Position numbers and translations under genes: made by a program. From a virus, in IMG/VR virus record IMGVR_UViG_3300014050_000017, positions 1 to 64,000 of that record: a stretch of DNA of 64,000 nt, one strand, 5' to 3'. The notes below the pieces were generated by a model. The model was not told where the DNA came from, did not search any database, and saw nothing but the letters and a program-made list of their open reading frames with translations. This document shows positions 34,944-44,721 of the stretch, piece by piece; positions within the stretch are counted from its first letter, which is position 1; every line of letters starts with the position of its first letter.

Positions 34944-35400
34944 CCTCTTTCGTATCGGTTAATTCTATCTCACCGTGACTGATAAGGCCTATCTCCATAG
35001 CAGCAGAAAAAGCACTCATCAAACTGGTCATAGCAATAACCTTGTACATGGTGCCCATAGTGGTGGTTTCACGTTTAATCTCTTCTATGTTCTCTGGTTC
35101 TTTTTCACTTATCTCTGCCACCTGTATACCAGTTATGGCGTTAGCAACAATGTCAGCCATTAACTCCATAAAGGGAACTAGGTAAGAAATCTCTTCCATG
35201 CGAATATCGCTGTCTTCTTCTTGTTTCTCCTGACCTTCTTCACTATCAGGATTTATACCAAGAATACTAGCCATCTCATTAGGGTCGCTTAGACCCGTGT
35301 CATAAATAAACCACCTGGCTATATCTGTTACAGGTATGTCTTTTCTTATGATTTCAAAATCTAAATCTATCTTTTTCTTTTTACGATTAAACCAATTCAC
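34930..35400 (-). CDS. Hypothetical protein
   Basis: ORF track; GTGA overlap. Confidence 0.65.
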   Translation of the reverse strand: MNWFNRKKKKIDLDFEIIRKDIPVTDIARWFIYDTGLSDPNEMASILGINPDSEEGQEKQEEDSDIRMEEISYLVPFMELMADIVANAITGIQVAEISEKEPENIEEIKRETTTMGTMYKVIAMTSLMSAFSAAMEIGLISHGEIELTDTKEDDDE

Positions 35401-37364
35401 TTTGCCTCACCCCATCGCTGCACAACCGTGACGTCGGCAATAAGAGGGACATCTAACACGTTGATACCTTCCATAGATTCTCTGATTGCCTCTCTAGTCT
35501 CTTCGACCAAACTATCTGGGGTTATAGTTACTAATTCATCGTGGACGGTAAGAAGGAGGCTGGCCTCGTTAGGTACCATCTTATGAGCCCTAATCATAGC
35601 AAGCTTCATGATGTCTGCGGCAGACCCCTGGATACGGGTATTGAACGCCTGACGCTCAGCGCCCGCACGCTCACCTATATTCCTGCTGTTTATCTCTGGT
35701 AGGTAACGTTTACGACCAAATATGGTGGATACGTAACCAACCTTACGGGTAACCCCTACAACCTTGGCTCTGTAGGCACTTACGTTCTGGAACTTATCGC
35801 CAAAGTCTTGTAGTAGTTTCTTTGCCTCATTTACAGTGCAGCCAATAGAACGAGCAATCTTATCTGGTCCTACACCATAGGCCATGGAAAGAACAAGAAC
35901 CTTACCTGCCTGACGGTTAACGCCCATAACATCTCCTACAGTTGTATAGATGTCGCCACCCTCTTTGTAGTTCTTCATCATGATGGGGTCCATAGACATG
36001 GACGCAATGATGCGGGGCTCAATCTGTGAGTAGTCTGCTACAACTAGTTTGTAACCTTCTGGGGCATAGAACAGGTTTCTAATAGCTTTGCCATGGGCTG
36101 TGGCTGGGTTGGGAACATTCTGCAAGTTGGGGTTACGACTAGAGAAACGACCAGTCTCTGCACCGTGCTGAATGAAGTCAGCATGAATACGGCCATCAAC
36201 AAGTAGGCTTTCCCTATACTCTGTTTTAGATTTACCGCCCGTAGTCTTAGTAACCTCGCCACCAAGATACGGAATAACGTAGGTACTCAACAACTTATTT
36301 AAATCTGCATACTCTAATAAAGCCTTAACTAGGGGGTCGGACTCTCTGTAAGGTTCTAACGCCTCTGCGGAAACAGAGAAGTCATCAGTTGTTAAAGCAA
36401 GTCCTTCTGCTTCTTTTTTATTGCCTTTACCAGTTAGAAGTTTTGGCTTTAGACCACGTCCTTCTGGAACTGGTAGGTATAGCAACTGTTGCTTTTCTCT
36501 ATTGGAATTAATATTAAACACAGTACCTGCAGCACTATAAATCTCACCGCGAGCGCGTTCAATGTCTTCTTCTAGTTGAACATGCAGGCTAGACAAAGCA
36601 TCTTGGTCAATAGGTGCTCCAGCAAGTTTCATAGAGCATAAAACTCGTAATACGTCCATCTCCAAATCCATGATGTTGGAAACCCCAGCATCTTCAAGCT
36701 TTTGCTTTACTACCTTCCAGAGCATAAAGGTGTACTTAGCATCTAAATAGGCGTATTTAGCAACCACGCTGAAGGGGTGAATCTCCACCTGAGCGCCTAC
36801 GCCCTTCTCCATCTCATACCCAAGTTCGCGCTTCAAGCAATCATCAAGACCGCATTTGTTTTTATTACGGTTGTCATAAACAAAAGAGCCAACCATGGTG
36901 TCAAAGTAAGGGCCGTTAGGAATCTCGCCACCAAAATATTTAGCAATAGAACATAGGTCAAATACTAAGTTGTGACCTATCTTTGTAGCGTCATTGAAGA
37001 ACAGGGGACGTAGAGCAGCAAACACCTCTGCTGGGTATAGCTGAGCAGGTGGCTCTGTAAAAACATGTGTGTGAAGCTTTTTATTTTTAGAATAATCATC
37101 ATCAGTTATAGTTAGGCCTTTTTCAGCACGCTTTGCGCCCTGACCAGTAAGCGGCTTTATAACTTCAGCCAGTTCTCCATTTGGATGGCCTAAAGGGATT
37201 ACATCTCCTCTACCGTATGTAGACAAGCTAATCCACATAATTTCATTTACAACAGGAACGCCTCGACGTTCGCCAACGGTTTCAGTATCAAAGGCAAAAG
37301 CATCTTGTTTTAGATAGTACGCAACCATTTCATCTAGTTGCTCACGCGTAGTTATTATGTTCAT
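35397..37364 (-). CDS. polA: Family A DNA polymerase with 3'-5' exonuclease
   Basis: FDTET, HNLVFD, YAYLD, TGRFSSRNPNLQN, DYSQIE, motif B R..GK...YG, QGSAAD, VHDE. Confidence 0.95.
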   Translation of the reverse strand: MNIITTREQLDEMVAYYLKQDAFAFDTETVGERRGVPVVNEIMWISLSTYGRGDVIPLGHPNGELAEVIKPLTGQGAKRAEKGLTITDDDYSKNKKLHTHVFTEPPAQLYPAEVFAALRPLFFNDATKIGHNLVFDLCSIAKYFGGEIPNGPYFDTMVGSFVYDNRNKNKCGLDDCLKRELGYEMEKGVGAQVEIHPFSVVAKYAYLDAKYTFMLWKVVKQKLEDAGVSNIMDLEMDVLRVLCSMKLAGAPIDQDALSSLHVQLEEDIERARGEIYSAAGTVFNINSNREKQQLLYLPVPEGRGLKPKLLTGKGNKKEAEGLALTTDDFSVSAEALEPYRESDPLVKALLEYADLNKLLSTYVIPYLGGEVTKTTGGKSKTEYRESLLVDGRIHADFIQHGAETGRFSSRNPNLQNVPNPATAHGKAIRNLFYAPEGYKLVVADYSQIEPRIIASMSMDPIMMKNYKEGGDIYTTVGDVMGVNRQAGKVLVLSMAYGVGPDKIARSIGCTVNEAKKLLQDFGDKFQNVSAYRAKVVGVTRKVGYVSTIFGRKRYLPEINSRNIGERAGAERQAFNTRIQGSAADIMKLAMIRAHKMVPNEASLLLTVHDELVTITPDSLVEETREAIRESMEGINVLDVPLIADVTVVQRWGEAK

Positions 37365-37428
37365 ATCATCCTAAAAAAAGTATAGGCTGGGGACAGAGCA
37401 CGTTCTACCCCCAGCCTAACACTATTGA

Positions 37429-38091
37429 TTAAAGAAGGGAATTAGCGATTTCTTCTAGCTCTTCCCATGTGTGTTCCTTAATAACGGAACGTGTGTAAGG
37501 CTCAATCTTTGCCACTTCTGCTTCTGTCTTATCAGGGTCAATACCCCAATCCTCCATAAGGTCACGTGACTTGATTGCTTGTAGGTGATAAACAGTCTGC
37601 TGCATCTTTCCAGTACGGCTGATTGCCCAATAGTTCTTGGTCAATGGACCCTGTGGTGAGAACTCTGCTGAGTGCAAGGTCTTATAAAGACGTGGGCTTG
37701 CAATTAGCATTTGGCGCTGAACACCAGATGGAGTAATAACTGCGATGGTAAAGGCACGCTTATCTTCAGGCTTGCTTCCAAGCTTGGTGCACAATGGGTC
37801 GTTAGGTCCGAGTGAGACGTAAGACTTTTTGCCAACAGTCTTCTGTTGTAGGAAGTGCTGCTTGTAGATAGCGAAAGGACCATTTTGGTCGATGAATTTA
37901 ACTACAGTGAACTCTCCGTCGTTAAATTTAAACTCAGTTGGGTAGTCACCTGATGCGGTTGTCAGCTGTTCTGCTGCTGCCCAACCTGATTGAACTGCAT
38001 TGCTTGATGGTACTGCTGGACGGTCATCAACACTTGTGGTTGCAAACGCGTCGGTTGTAGTCATGTACTCTTCGGTACGGTCGACTGCCAT
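37429..38091 (-). CDS. Single-stranded DNA-binding protein (gp32-like)
   Basis: Start MAVDR after AGGAG; VVKFID..PF..YKQH, DPLC, ISRTG; upstream of polA. Confidence 0.6.
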   Translation of the reverse strand: MAVDRTEEYMTTTDAFATTSVDDRPAVPSSNAVQSGWAAAEQLTTASGDYPTEFKFNDGEFTVVKFIDQNGPFAIYKQHFLQQKTVGKKSYVSLGPNDPLCTKLGSKPEDKRAFTIAVITPSGVQRQMLIASPRLYKTLHSAEFSPQGPLTKNYWAISRTGKMQQTVYHLQAIKSRDLMEDWGIDPDKTEAEVAKIEPYTRSVIKEHTWEELEEIANSLL

Positions 38092-38117
38092 AGATTTTTC
38101 TCCTAGTTTCTGTTGTT

Positions 38118-38585
38118 TCATCTATTAAGCTCGGCACTCTTTATAGAGTCCCAAGCCTCAGCTATTGCGTTAGTCAATTGCTGGTTAGGCCATTGTATCC
38201 TAGTTTTATCTAGAAGTCCAGCCTTTCCAAACAACTCTACCGCCTTTTCAATCTGAGCCCGCGAGTATAACCTGCGGCCTCTTTGTGTTTCGCCGTTCTT
38301 TGTTTCTTTATCAGCCAAACGATATGGCGCCTGTGGGATATAGCCTTCTTTAATCCAGTAACGGATTGTTACAAGGGGTCTACCCAAAGCCTGCGCTAAT
38401 GCGCCTACCTGATAAAACTCGTGTAGTTCTCCTGATGGTAGTTTCCTGAATACAGCAGTAGTAGTCCAGTCAGAACCATCTTTATTTATTCTTTTATTTT
38501 TTTCTTTTGTCTCACGACGTTTCTTTTTGCTGCCTGGATAGTATGTATCCAAGTCAGAAAACATCGCATCAATTTCATCTGACAT
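38118..38585 (-). CDS. MerR-like HTH DNA-binding protein
   Basis: YQVGALAQALGRPLVTIRYWIKEGYIP...RRLYS. Confidence 0.8.
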   Translation of the reverse strand: MSDEIDAMFSDLDTYYPGSKKKRRETKEKNKRINKDGSDWTTTAVFRKLPSGELHEFYQVGALAQALGRPLVTIRYWIKEGYIPQAPYRLADKETKNGETQRGRRLYSRAQIEKAVELFGKAGLLDKTRIQWPNQQLTNAIAEAWDSIKSAELNR

Positions 38586-38586
38586 A

Positions 38587-38979
38587 TTACTTCCCAACGA
38601 TAAACGCGTAACTCACCTTTGCTGGGAACATGGTATCAATATCTTCTTCAGATAGATGACCGTTATAAAAAGCAGCCATAATCGCTGCCTCATCTAATGT
38701 TGGAACCATTTTAATGCAGGTCTCACGGATACCTTTTTTGGTAAGAATGATTTCTGCTGCACTGATATCAAGACTCTTTGACACACGCTTTTGTTTCATG
38801 ATTTGTTCGTTCTCATCTACAGATAGAACGATGTGTCCTTTTTCATCCTCTGTACCAAACTGTTCAATGTTATCTGTCAGACGCTTTTTAATATCTGACT
38901 GACGTTTGGTTAGAAGGTCGACGTTATCTTTCAACGCCTTGAATTGGCGGATGTCTTCTTTGATTGCTTCAATGTCCAT
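38587..38979 (-). CDS. Hypothetical protein
   Basis: ORF track; SD AGGA. Confidence 0.7.
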   Translation of the reverse strand: MDIEAIKEDIRQFKALKDNVDLLTKRQSDIKKRLTDNIEQFGTEDEKGHIVLSVDENEQIMKQKRVSKSLDISAAEIILTKKGIRETCIKMVPTLDEAAIMAAFYNGHLSEEDIDTMFPAKVSYAFIVGK

Positions 38980-39039
38980 AAGTTTCCTAACGTTTAGCTT
39001 GTTAGGCAGAACTTAATGGATGACTATGACAGTGTCAAG

Positions 39040-39198
39040 TTACTTACTGACGATGCGTGCTGCTTCTTTTGCGGTGTAGCTGCGATAGCCAGTCTTCTTC
39101 TTGTTCATGCTGCCTGGCTTCTTAAACCCAGTGCCCTTAGGCATGTTGTCCTGTCGCCACTTTAGGGCGGCGGCTATCTTATCTTGGTGTTTCCCCAT
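39040..39198 (-). CDS. Small basic protein
   Basis: MGKHQDK...FKKPGSMNKKK. Confidence 0.55.
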   Translation of the reverse strand: MGKHQDKIAAALKWRQDNMPKGTGFKKPGSMNKKKTGYRSYTAKEAARIVSK

Positions 39199-39199
39199 T

Positions 39200-39349
39200 T
39201 TATTTATCTTCTTTAATATAGTTTTGAAGAGCGCGGATAATAACGCTGGTAACCGTAACCTTCTCAGCTGCAGCTTTTCGTTGCACAGCCGTCCAAAGGT
39301 TATCGGACACACGAATAGTACGTGTGGGGGTCTTAGGCGAGTTAGGCAT
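39200..39349 (-). CDS. Ribbon-helix-helix (CopG/Arc-like) protein
   Basis: TPTRTIRVSDNLWTAVQRKAAAEKVTVTSVIIRAL; leaderless TACACT-6nt-ATG. Confidence 0.8.
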   Translation of the reverse strand: MPNSPKTPTRTIRVSDNLWTAVQRKAAAEKVTVTSVIIRALQNYIKEDK

Positions 39350-39391
39350 TCTTATAGTGTAAGGGCACCCAACGATAAATGTTGGGTGTAC

Positions 39392-39465
39392 TGGCTCCCC
39401 CCCATGGATTCGAACCACAACTGGCGCATCCAGAGTGCGCTGTCCTACCGTTAGACGAGAGGGGA
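39392..39465 (-). tRNA. tRNA-Gln (CUG)
   Basis: TCCCCTC/GGGGGGA acceptor; GCGCA-CTCTGGA-TGCGC anticodon arm; GGTTCGAATCC; encoded CCA. Confidence 0.92.
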
Positions 39466-39466
39466 A

Positions 39467-39542
39467 TGGAGCGGTTGACGGGGCTCAAACCCGCGACCTG
39501 TACCTTGGCAAGGTACCGCTCTATCAACTGAGCTACAACCGC
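39467..39542 (-). tRNA. tRNA-Gly (GCC)
   Basis: GCGGTTG/CAACCGC acceptor, discriminator T, GTACC-TTGCCAA-GGTAC, encoded CCA; atypical T loop TTTGAGC. Confidence 0.9.
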
Positions 39543-39546
39543 AAGC

Positions 39547-39800
39547 GGCTAGTAAGTCTACGAGCAGACTAACCTACCAGCCATGATACATGAGGATTTA
39601 CACAAGCTCGTTGTCCTCCAGCTGTCCTCGTCAGGAGTCGGTCTTACCGCAACGCAGCCTTAGTACCAAAAATGTCAGGTCGGTTTAAACCACGCCGTAA
39701 GGATTAACCGAGTCCCCTGACGAGACCGTCTAAGCGGCTCTAGAAACCCTTAGATACTTGCGTAAACTTCCAACCAATGAGAAGCCATACAAAGTGTTAC
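39547..39800 (-). ncRNA. Candidate structured ncRNA between tRNA-Asn and tRNA-Gly
   Basis: Several stems (CTCGTCAGG/CCTGACGAG etc.) and two loop-loop complementarities; no credible ORF. Confidence 0.55.
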
Positions 39801-39804
39801 TCTG

Positions 39805-39877
39805 CTGCCCCACCTGGACTCGAACCAGGGACACTCGCATTAACAGTGCGATGCTCTGCCAACTGAGCTATAGGGCA
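39805..39877 (-). tRNA. tRNA-Asn (GUU)
   Basis: TGCCCTA/TGGGGCA acceptor; TCGCA-CTGTTAA-TGCGA; CCTGG-TTCGAGT-CCAGG; CCA not encoded. Confidence 0.92.
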
Positions 39878-41464
39878 CTAAACGTTGCCGTTAGTCAGGT
39901 AGGACCTGAGGCTATCGACCGTCATGGAAAGTTTATCACCGTCTTCTATGCCATTGCCATCTATGATGGCGTTAGCCACAGAGGACTTCTGTTGAAGCAT
40001 ATCGTGCTGGCGTTCTTCAATAGAGCCAGCCATAATTAAATCTTGAATTACGATTGAGGGCCAAGTTGATGATGCTCTTTGTATGCGGCCATTCCTTTGC
40101 GTTGCACTGCCCGAAGACCAAGGGAGGTCGTAATTGATAAGGAGATTAGCAGCAGGAAGGTCCACACCGTAGCCCCCAGCGTCAGAACTAACCAGTACGC
40201 GTACAGCGGGATTAGTATTGAAGTCAGTTTTGTTAGATTCTTTAGTACGAGCATCCATCCTCCCAGAGTATTGGCGACAGATATCTGCCCCAAGTGCATC
40301 GGTAATCTTGTCTAGCATGTCAACGTAGGTAGCAAATATAACAACCTTATTCTCTTCGCTTTGTTCTAGAAACTCTTGAACATACCTAACTAGGTAATCT
40401 AATTTAGGTGAATCCTTGCAGCTATCTAAAACCCCATTATCGACAAGCTCAGCTATATATGCGGAACCCTCTCCGCCCATTTGTTTAAATTTAGTAGCGC
40501 TGCTGCGTAACAAGTCTGGATGAGAGCAGAGCATCTTAAGTGCTCCAATCTTAGACATAATCTTTCCACGCATCTCATCCTCTGGGCCACCACGTCGAGA
40601 TTCCATGCCGTAGTGAGCCATGATGTTAAAGTTAGAACCAAATAAATCCTGTGCCTCATCTAAGTCTGCAAGCAAGTCTTGAGCTATCTTGGTATAAACC
40701 TTTGATGATGCTCTATCAAATATGACAGTAATTGGGTCTTTGTGAATTGTGTCAGGCAAGAAAGGTGCAACATCTGGGTCTTTTTGTGCCTTACGCACAG
40801 AAGCTTCCTTCATCTTATTGTGAAGGGTAGACAAGTTGCGGTAATACTGGGGTGCGCCCCAAGAGTTTCTTACAATGAAAGCCGCGTCAAAGATATCAAA
40901 CCTACCAAGTACGCTGGCGTCAACGAATTGCATAATGCTATACAACTCTTCTGGACGACCATTCTCAATAGGGGTACCCGTGAGTGCAAACCTATATGGT
41001 GTGTTGATAAGTTTTTTGACGGCTTTGGAACGCTTTGATTTAAATGACTTGATGGCTGTGGCCTCGTCAAGGACGACAAATCCTCTTGGTAAGTCTTTGA
41101 CGGTATCCCAGTCGTTAACAACTTGCTCATAATTAAGGATGATGTAATCAACCCCTGTATTACGCCAGTCTTTCGCAAGGTCGTACTGCTCTGCTCTTTT
41201 CTTTGGCGTTCCGTCAACGACCAAAGCACGTGAAGTACCATCTGTAAATTTCTCTATCTGATTAGCCCACTGATATTTCAATGAGGATAGACAAATTATA
41301 AGACCTGGTTCTTTTACTTTCCGCTCATCCATCAAACGTTCTATAGCCGCAATGGTAAGGACGGTCTTACCTAGTCCGAGGTCATACGCCACTAGAACCT
41401 TGCCACGTTCGCACATCTTGTCGACCGCTTCAGGTTGATAGGGGAGTAGAGTTCCTTTAAACAT
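39878..41464 (-). CDS. SNF2-family helicase
   Basis: LLPYQ, DLGLGKT, LDEA, LTGTPIEN, GGYGVDL, YDLPW, QRNGRIQR. Confidence 0.92.
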   Translation of the reverse strand: MFKGTLLPYQPEAVDKMCERGKVLVAYDLGLGKTVLTIAAIERLMDERKVKEPGLIICLSSLKYQWANQIEKFTDGTSRALVVDGTPKKRAEQYDLAKDWRNTGVDYIILNYEQVVNDWDTVKDLPRGFVVLDEATAIKSFKSKRSKAVKKLINTPYRFALTGTPIENGRPEELYSIMQFVDASVLGRFDIFDAAFIVRNSWGAPQYYRNLSTLHNKMKEASVRKAQKDPDVAPFLPDTIHKDPITVIFDRASSKVYTKIAQDLLADLDEAQDLFGSNFNIMAHYGMESRRGGPEDEMRGKIMSKIGALKMLCSHPDLLRSSATKFKQMGGEGSAYIAELVDNGVLDSCKDSPKLDYLVRYVQEFLEQSEENKVVIFATYVDMLDKITDALGADICRQYSGRMDARTKESNKTDFNTNPAVRVLVSSDAGGYGVDLPAANLLINYDLPWSSGSATQRNGRIQRASSTWPSIVIQDLIMAGSIEERQHDMLQQKSSVANAIIDGNGIEDGDKLSMTVDSLRSYLTNGNV

Positions 41465-41999
41465 ATGCCTGCATTCTAGTAACAATCAATAGCTCTAAGT
41501 CTTTAAGGCTGCTAGCGTTGACGATGATATGGTCAAAAGGGTAGTCGTCCATCTGAGTCTCTGATACATGGCCGTTAACAGCAGTTACCCCTGGGCGTTC
41601 AACTCTCCACACCTGACCACCAGGCAACTCCCAGATAGCTGTGGCTTCATTTTTAAACCTAACATCAGTGATAACCCACTTGCCGTATACATCTGTTTTA
41701 TTTATTGCTTGTTTAATCCAGAAGTCTTCTCCAAAAACCTTACGGGCAGATACCCCAACAGCTTGTAGGGTGTGGCGAACCTGTGGGTTTTTCTTTGCAG
41801 CCTCCCACCCATCACGGTCTACCACATTGCGTAAAAAGATAGGTTCGTTTGCAACATGGCCAACAATAGGATTGAAGTCATAGCAGAACTCCCTAATGGG
41901 GTCAGCAAAGGCTACGCGTTGAAAGCCAAATCTACGTACAAGAATCTCTGCAACAGTGTCTTTGCCAGACTGTGCGTATCCCGATAATCCGATAATCAT
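41457..41999 (-). CDS. Deoxynucleoside monophosphate kinase
   Basis: IIGLSGYAQSGKDT, FADPI, ITDVRFKNE, HVSE. Confidence 0.88.
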   Translation of the reverse strand: MIIGLSGYAQSGKDTVAEILVRRFGFQRVAFADPIREFCYDFNPIVGHVANEPIFLRNVVDRDGWEAAKKNPQVRHTLQAVGVSARKVFGEDFWIKQAINKTDVYGKWVITDVRFKNEATAIWELPGGQVWRVERPGVTAVNGHVSETQMDDYPFDHIIVNASSLKDLELLIVTRMQAYV

Positions 42000-42190
42000 T
42001 CATGCTCCTCTGGACAACACTCTTTACATGCTCTAATTAATGTAGCAGAACCTCGTAGGGCTTCCCAATGGTCTGCAGTTGGTTTGTCGCAAAAAGAACA
42101 ATACTTAGCTCTTTCTTTATTCTCTGCAGAAACCTTCTCTAGGTAATCGCGGAGAGGACCAGCTGCCATCCACCTTGTTGTGCCGCTCAT
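41996..42190 (-). CDS. Small Zn-finger protein
   Basis: CSFC...CKEC. Confidence 0.55.
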   Translation of the reverse strand: MSGTTRWMAAGPLRDYLEKVSAENKERAKYCSFCDKPTADHWEALRGSATLIRACKECCPEEHE

Positions 42191-43098
42191 GGTTGGTACC
42201 CTATTAGATGTTTAGCAAATTGCAAACCCCATTCTATTTCTTTTCTTGACATACCACCAACATCCTTTTGGTCGGTACTGTCGTAGTTAAAGAACCAACA
42301 AGGTAGCCCAATATCTAAAGCCATATCTTTAATAGCGTTAGTACAAGACTTGCCAGCGTCATCATTATCTAAAGCAAATATAGGTCGCGTAGCTCCGCGA
42401 ATAAGACTCCATTGCGTTCCTGATATAGCGCAGCCATAGGTAGCAACCGCCCCCTCTACACCAACGGAGGCTAGCCTTACTACATCTAGTGGTGACTCAA
42501 CAACAATCATGTCACCGCCCCTGTAGTGCTCATAACCAAAAAGGGCTTCGCTCTTCTTTACACCTGTTGAATTTCTAAAGAACCTGGTCTTGTGACCTTT
42601 TTCTTGCCAGCCAAGAAGCTTTCCTGACATAGGGTCACGTATTGGGATAATCCAATTACCCTGTAAAGCGTTCCACTTTATGCCGTACTTATCAACTAAG
42701 TTTGGAAGCAGTCCTCGGCTTTTACATACATCTTCAGGTACAGATTTAAACGCCAAAAGCATGGACTCATGGATAGGAACCATTTCTTCTTGCTCTGGCT
42801 TATCGCCTCTTACTAACTGTTTGATTCTTGCAGTTAAACGAGAAACTGTTCTATCAATATCATCAATCTCTATATCACCAGCACCAAGGTAGTTAACTAA
42901 AGTTTTTAAACCACCCTTCCAATCACAAGAGAAGCAGATAAATAAACCGCTATCTCCGTTAATCCAAAAAGAAGGGTTGTTATCTTCTTTACCAGTTCGC
43001 TCTTTGTGAGCGGGGCAGTGCAGTTGAATTTCATTGCCGCGAATAGATACTACCTTTAATCCTAAGGTTTCTAGTGTGTCTTCTACATTAGAGGTCAT
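42187..43098 (-). CDS. DNA primase (CHC2 Zn finger + TOPRIM)
   Basis: CPAH...CFSC; VVESPLD; LDNDDAG; KDVG. Confidence 0.9.
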   Translation of the reverse strand: MTSNVEDTLETLGLKVVSIRGNEIQLHCPAHKERTGKEDNNPSFWINGDSGLFICFSCDWKGGLKTLVNYLGAGDIEIDDIDRTVSRLTARIKQLVRGDKPEQEEMVPIHESMLLAFKSVPEDVCKSRGLLPNLVDKYGIKWNALQGNWIIPIRDPMSGKLLGWQEKGHKTRFFRNSTGVKKSEALFGYEHYRGGDMIVVESPLDVVRLASVGVEGAVATYGCAISGTQWSLIRGATRPIFALDNDDAGKSCTNAIKDMALDIGLPCWFFNYDSTDQKDVGGMSRKEIEWGLQFAKHLIGYQP

Positions 43099-44314
43099 TG
43101 ATGTCTATCTCCCTAAACGTACCTGTATCCCACGCCCAGATAAGCGATATCTCCATGCGACCAGAGTTACGGCTTTCAAGAACCTTTAGTACACGGGTGT
43201 CGTCTACGTTCTCGTCTTCTCTTTGTAAACCAAATACCACGTCAGCATCTTGTACGAAAGAAGATGAGTAACCAATAGAGTCTGCAGTAACCTGACCCTT
43301 ACGCATCTTCCAGTTAAGAACCTGGGTAGTAATAATTACTGGAACCTTAAACTTTTGTGCCATGCGCTTAAGCGAACGGGTGATGTTAGTGATGGCCTGT
43401 GGAGTGTTGGCTTCTCCAGTCTGCTCATCAATCATCAAGTAAACACCATCGATAAACACAATCTCTGGGTGAAGAACCTGTATCTTGCTAGCAATACCTG
43501 AAACCGTGGAGCCATTAGCAGAGTCAACCAACCAGAAAGGCTTACGCATTTGCTCCATAGAATTTAACTTTGCCTGATAACGAGACTCTTCTTCAGCATC
43601 CAAAACACCGTTAATTAATCTGGTATGAGATATACGTGCACGCATAGCATCGTAACGAGTTTGCTGTTCGTGGTTACTCATCTCAAAAGATTGGAACATA
43701 ACTGATTTATCTTGTAGGTGAACGTTCTGTGCAAACTGCAAAGCAAGAGTTGATTTACCAGTCTTGGGAGGCGCTACGACAACAATTAACTGACCAGGCT
43801 GTAGTCCTCCAGTAACCTTATCTACACTAGGAAACCCTGTTCCAGTGCCAAGAAGTCCTGGATTGTTCTTACGCCATAGATACTCTTCCCAACGTTTCTT
43901 TGGGTCTTCTATGAGGTTCATATCGCTGGTTTTGCTTAGCCCGTCTTCCTCTAGGCTAATAATTCCAGCTTGGAAAATACGTAATGCTTCTTCGTGGTCA
44001 CGGCTTTTATCTAGTGCAATAGCCGCTGCCTCTATCATCTTTATTACAGAGGCTGCTCTACGTGAGGCTACGACGTTATCTACTAGATAATCGATATTGT
44101 CCTGTGATTCATACTGCTTCCATGTAGGGAAGTTTTGATTGATTACCTCAAGGCTGGGGCACTCTGCGTACTTTGCAAAGTGTTCACGAACAAATACCCA
44201 AACACGTCGGACTTCGCTATCGACAAACCAACTATCTTTAATACCGCGTTCGTATAAGTATGGAAGGTCGCGGCTCTCTAATATCTTGCTTAGTAATTTA
44301 TATTCGTTGTTCAT
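43088..44314 (-). CDS. DnaB-like replicative helicase
   Basis: GGLQPGQ, APPKTGKST, SFEM, FIDGVYL, QDAD, SRN. Confidence 0.92.
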   Translation of the reverse strand: MNNEYKLLSKILESRDLPYLYERGIKDSWFVDSEVRRVWVFVREHFAKYAECPSLEVINQNFPTWKQYESQDNIDYLVDNVVASRRAASVIKMIEAAAIALDKSRDHEEALRIFQAGIISLEEDGLSKTSDMNLIEDPKKRWEEYLWRKNNPGLLGTGTGFPSVDKVTGGLQPGQLIVVVAPPKTGKSTLALQFAQNVHLQDKSVMFQSFEMSNHEQQTRYDAMRARISHTRLINGVLDAEEESRYQAKLNSMEQMRKPFWLVDSANGSTVSGIASKIQVLHPEIVFIDGVYLMIDEQTGEANTPQAITNITRSLKRMAQKFKVPVIITTQVLNWKMRKGQVTADSIGYSSSFVQDADVVFGLQREDENVDDTRVLKVLESRNSGRMEISLIWAWDTGTFREIDINDL

Positions 44315-44721
44315 TGTAAGTCAGCGAATGTCCTTCCCCAGTGTCCGTAACGTAGGAGGCGCGAGTCTACATCAACTACGCCAACTACTTCTGGTCTATA
44401 GGGAAGTTCGCTGAGCAAGTGTTTGTCCGATTCATACGCCGTGTAGTATCTAAATGGGTTAGTGCCCATATTGTCAAGCATGTCCATAACCTCTTGTAAA
44501 TCCTCATCCCGTAGGTCAAAGGAAACAAGTTCTAGGGTAAAGCCAGCTCTGGTTGTAAAAACGTAAAGGTACGACAAAGCGTCGCGTCTAAACTTCTTTT
44601 CTATCTTTACAGTCGGGATGATTAATAGTTTCTTTTTTATATTAATCTCCACGTCCATAATAATGTCGGTGGTAACTAGTATCCTTTTGGGGAGTTCGTT
44701 ACTGATATCCCCATGCTTCAT
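44311..44721 (-). CDS. Hypothetical protein
   Basis: ORF track; coupled in the replication operon. Confidence 0.7.
   Translation of the reverse strand: MKHGDISNELPKRILVTTDIIMDVEINIKKKLLIIPTVKIEKKFRRDALSYLYVFTTRAGFTLELVSFDLRDEDLQEVMDMLDNMGTNPFRYYTAYESDKHLLSELPYRPEVVGVVDVDSRLLRYGHWGRTFADLQ

Noticed and set aside
39543-39804. tmRNA or group I intron
   Set aside because: No tRNA-Ala-like ends or tag peptide recognised, and the flanking tRNAs are complete and uninterrupted.
17897-44314. Inteins/introns in NrdJ, RecA, PolA, DnaB or SNF2
   Set aside because: Lengths are ordinary and motifs contiguous; no intein splice motifs seen.
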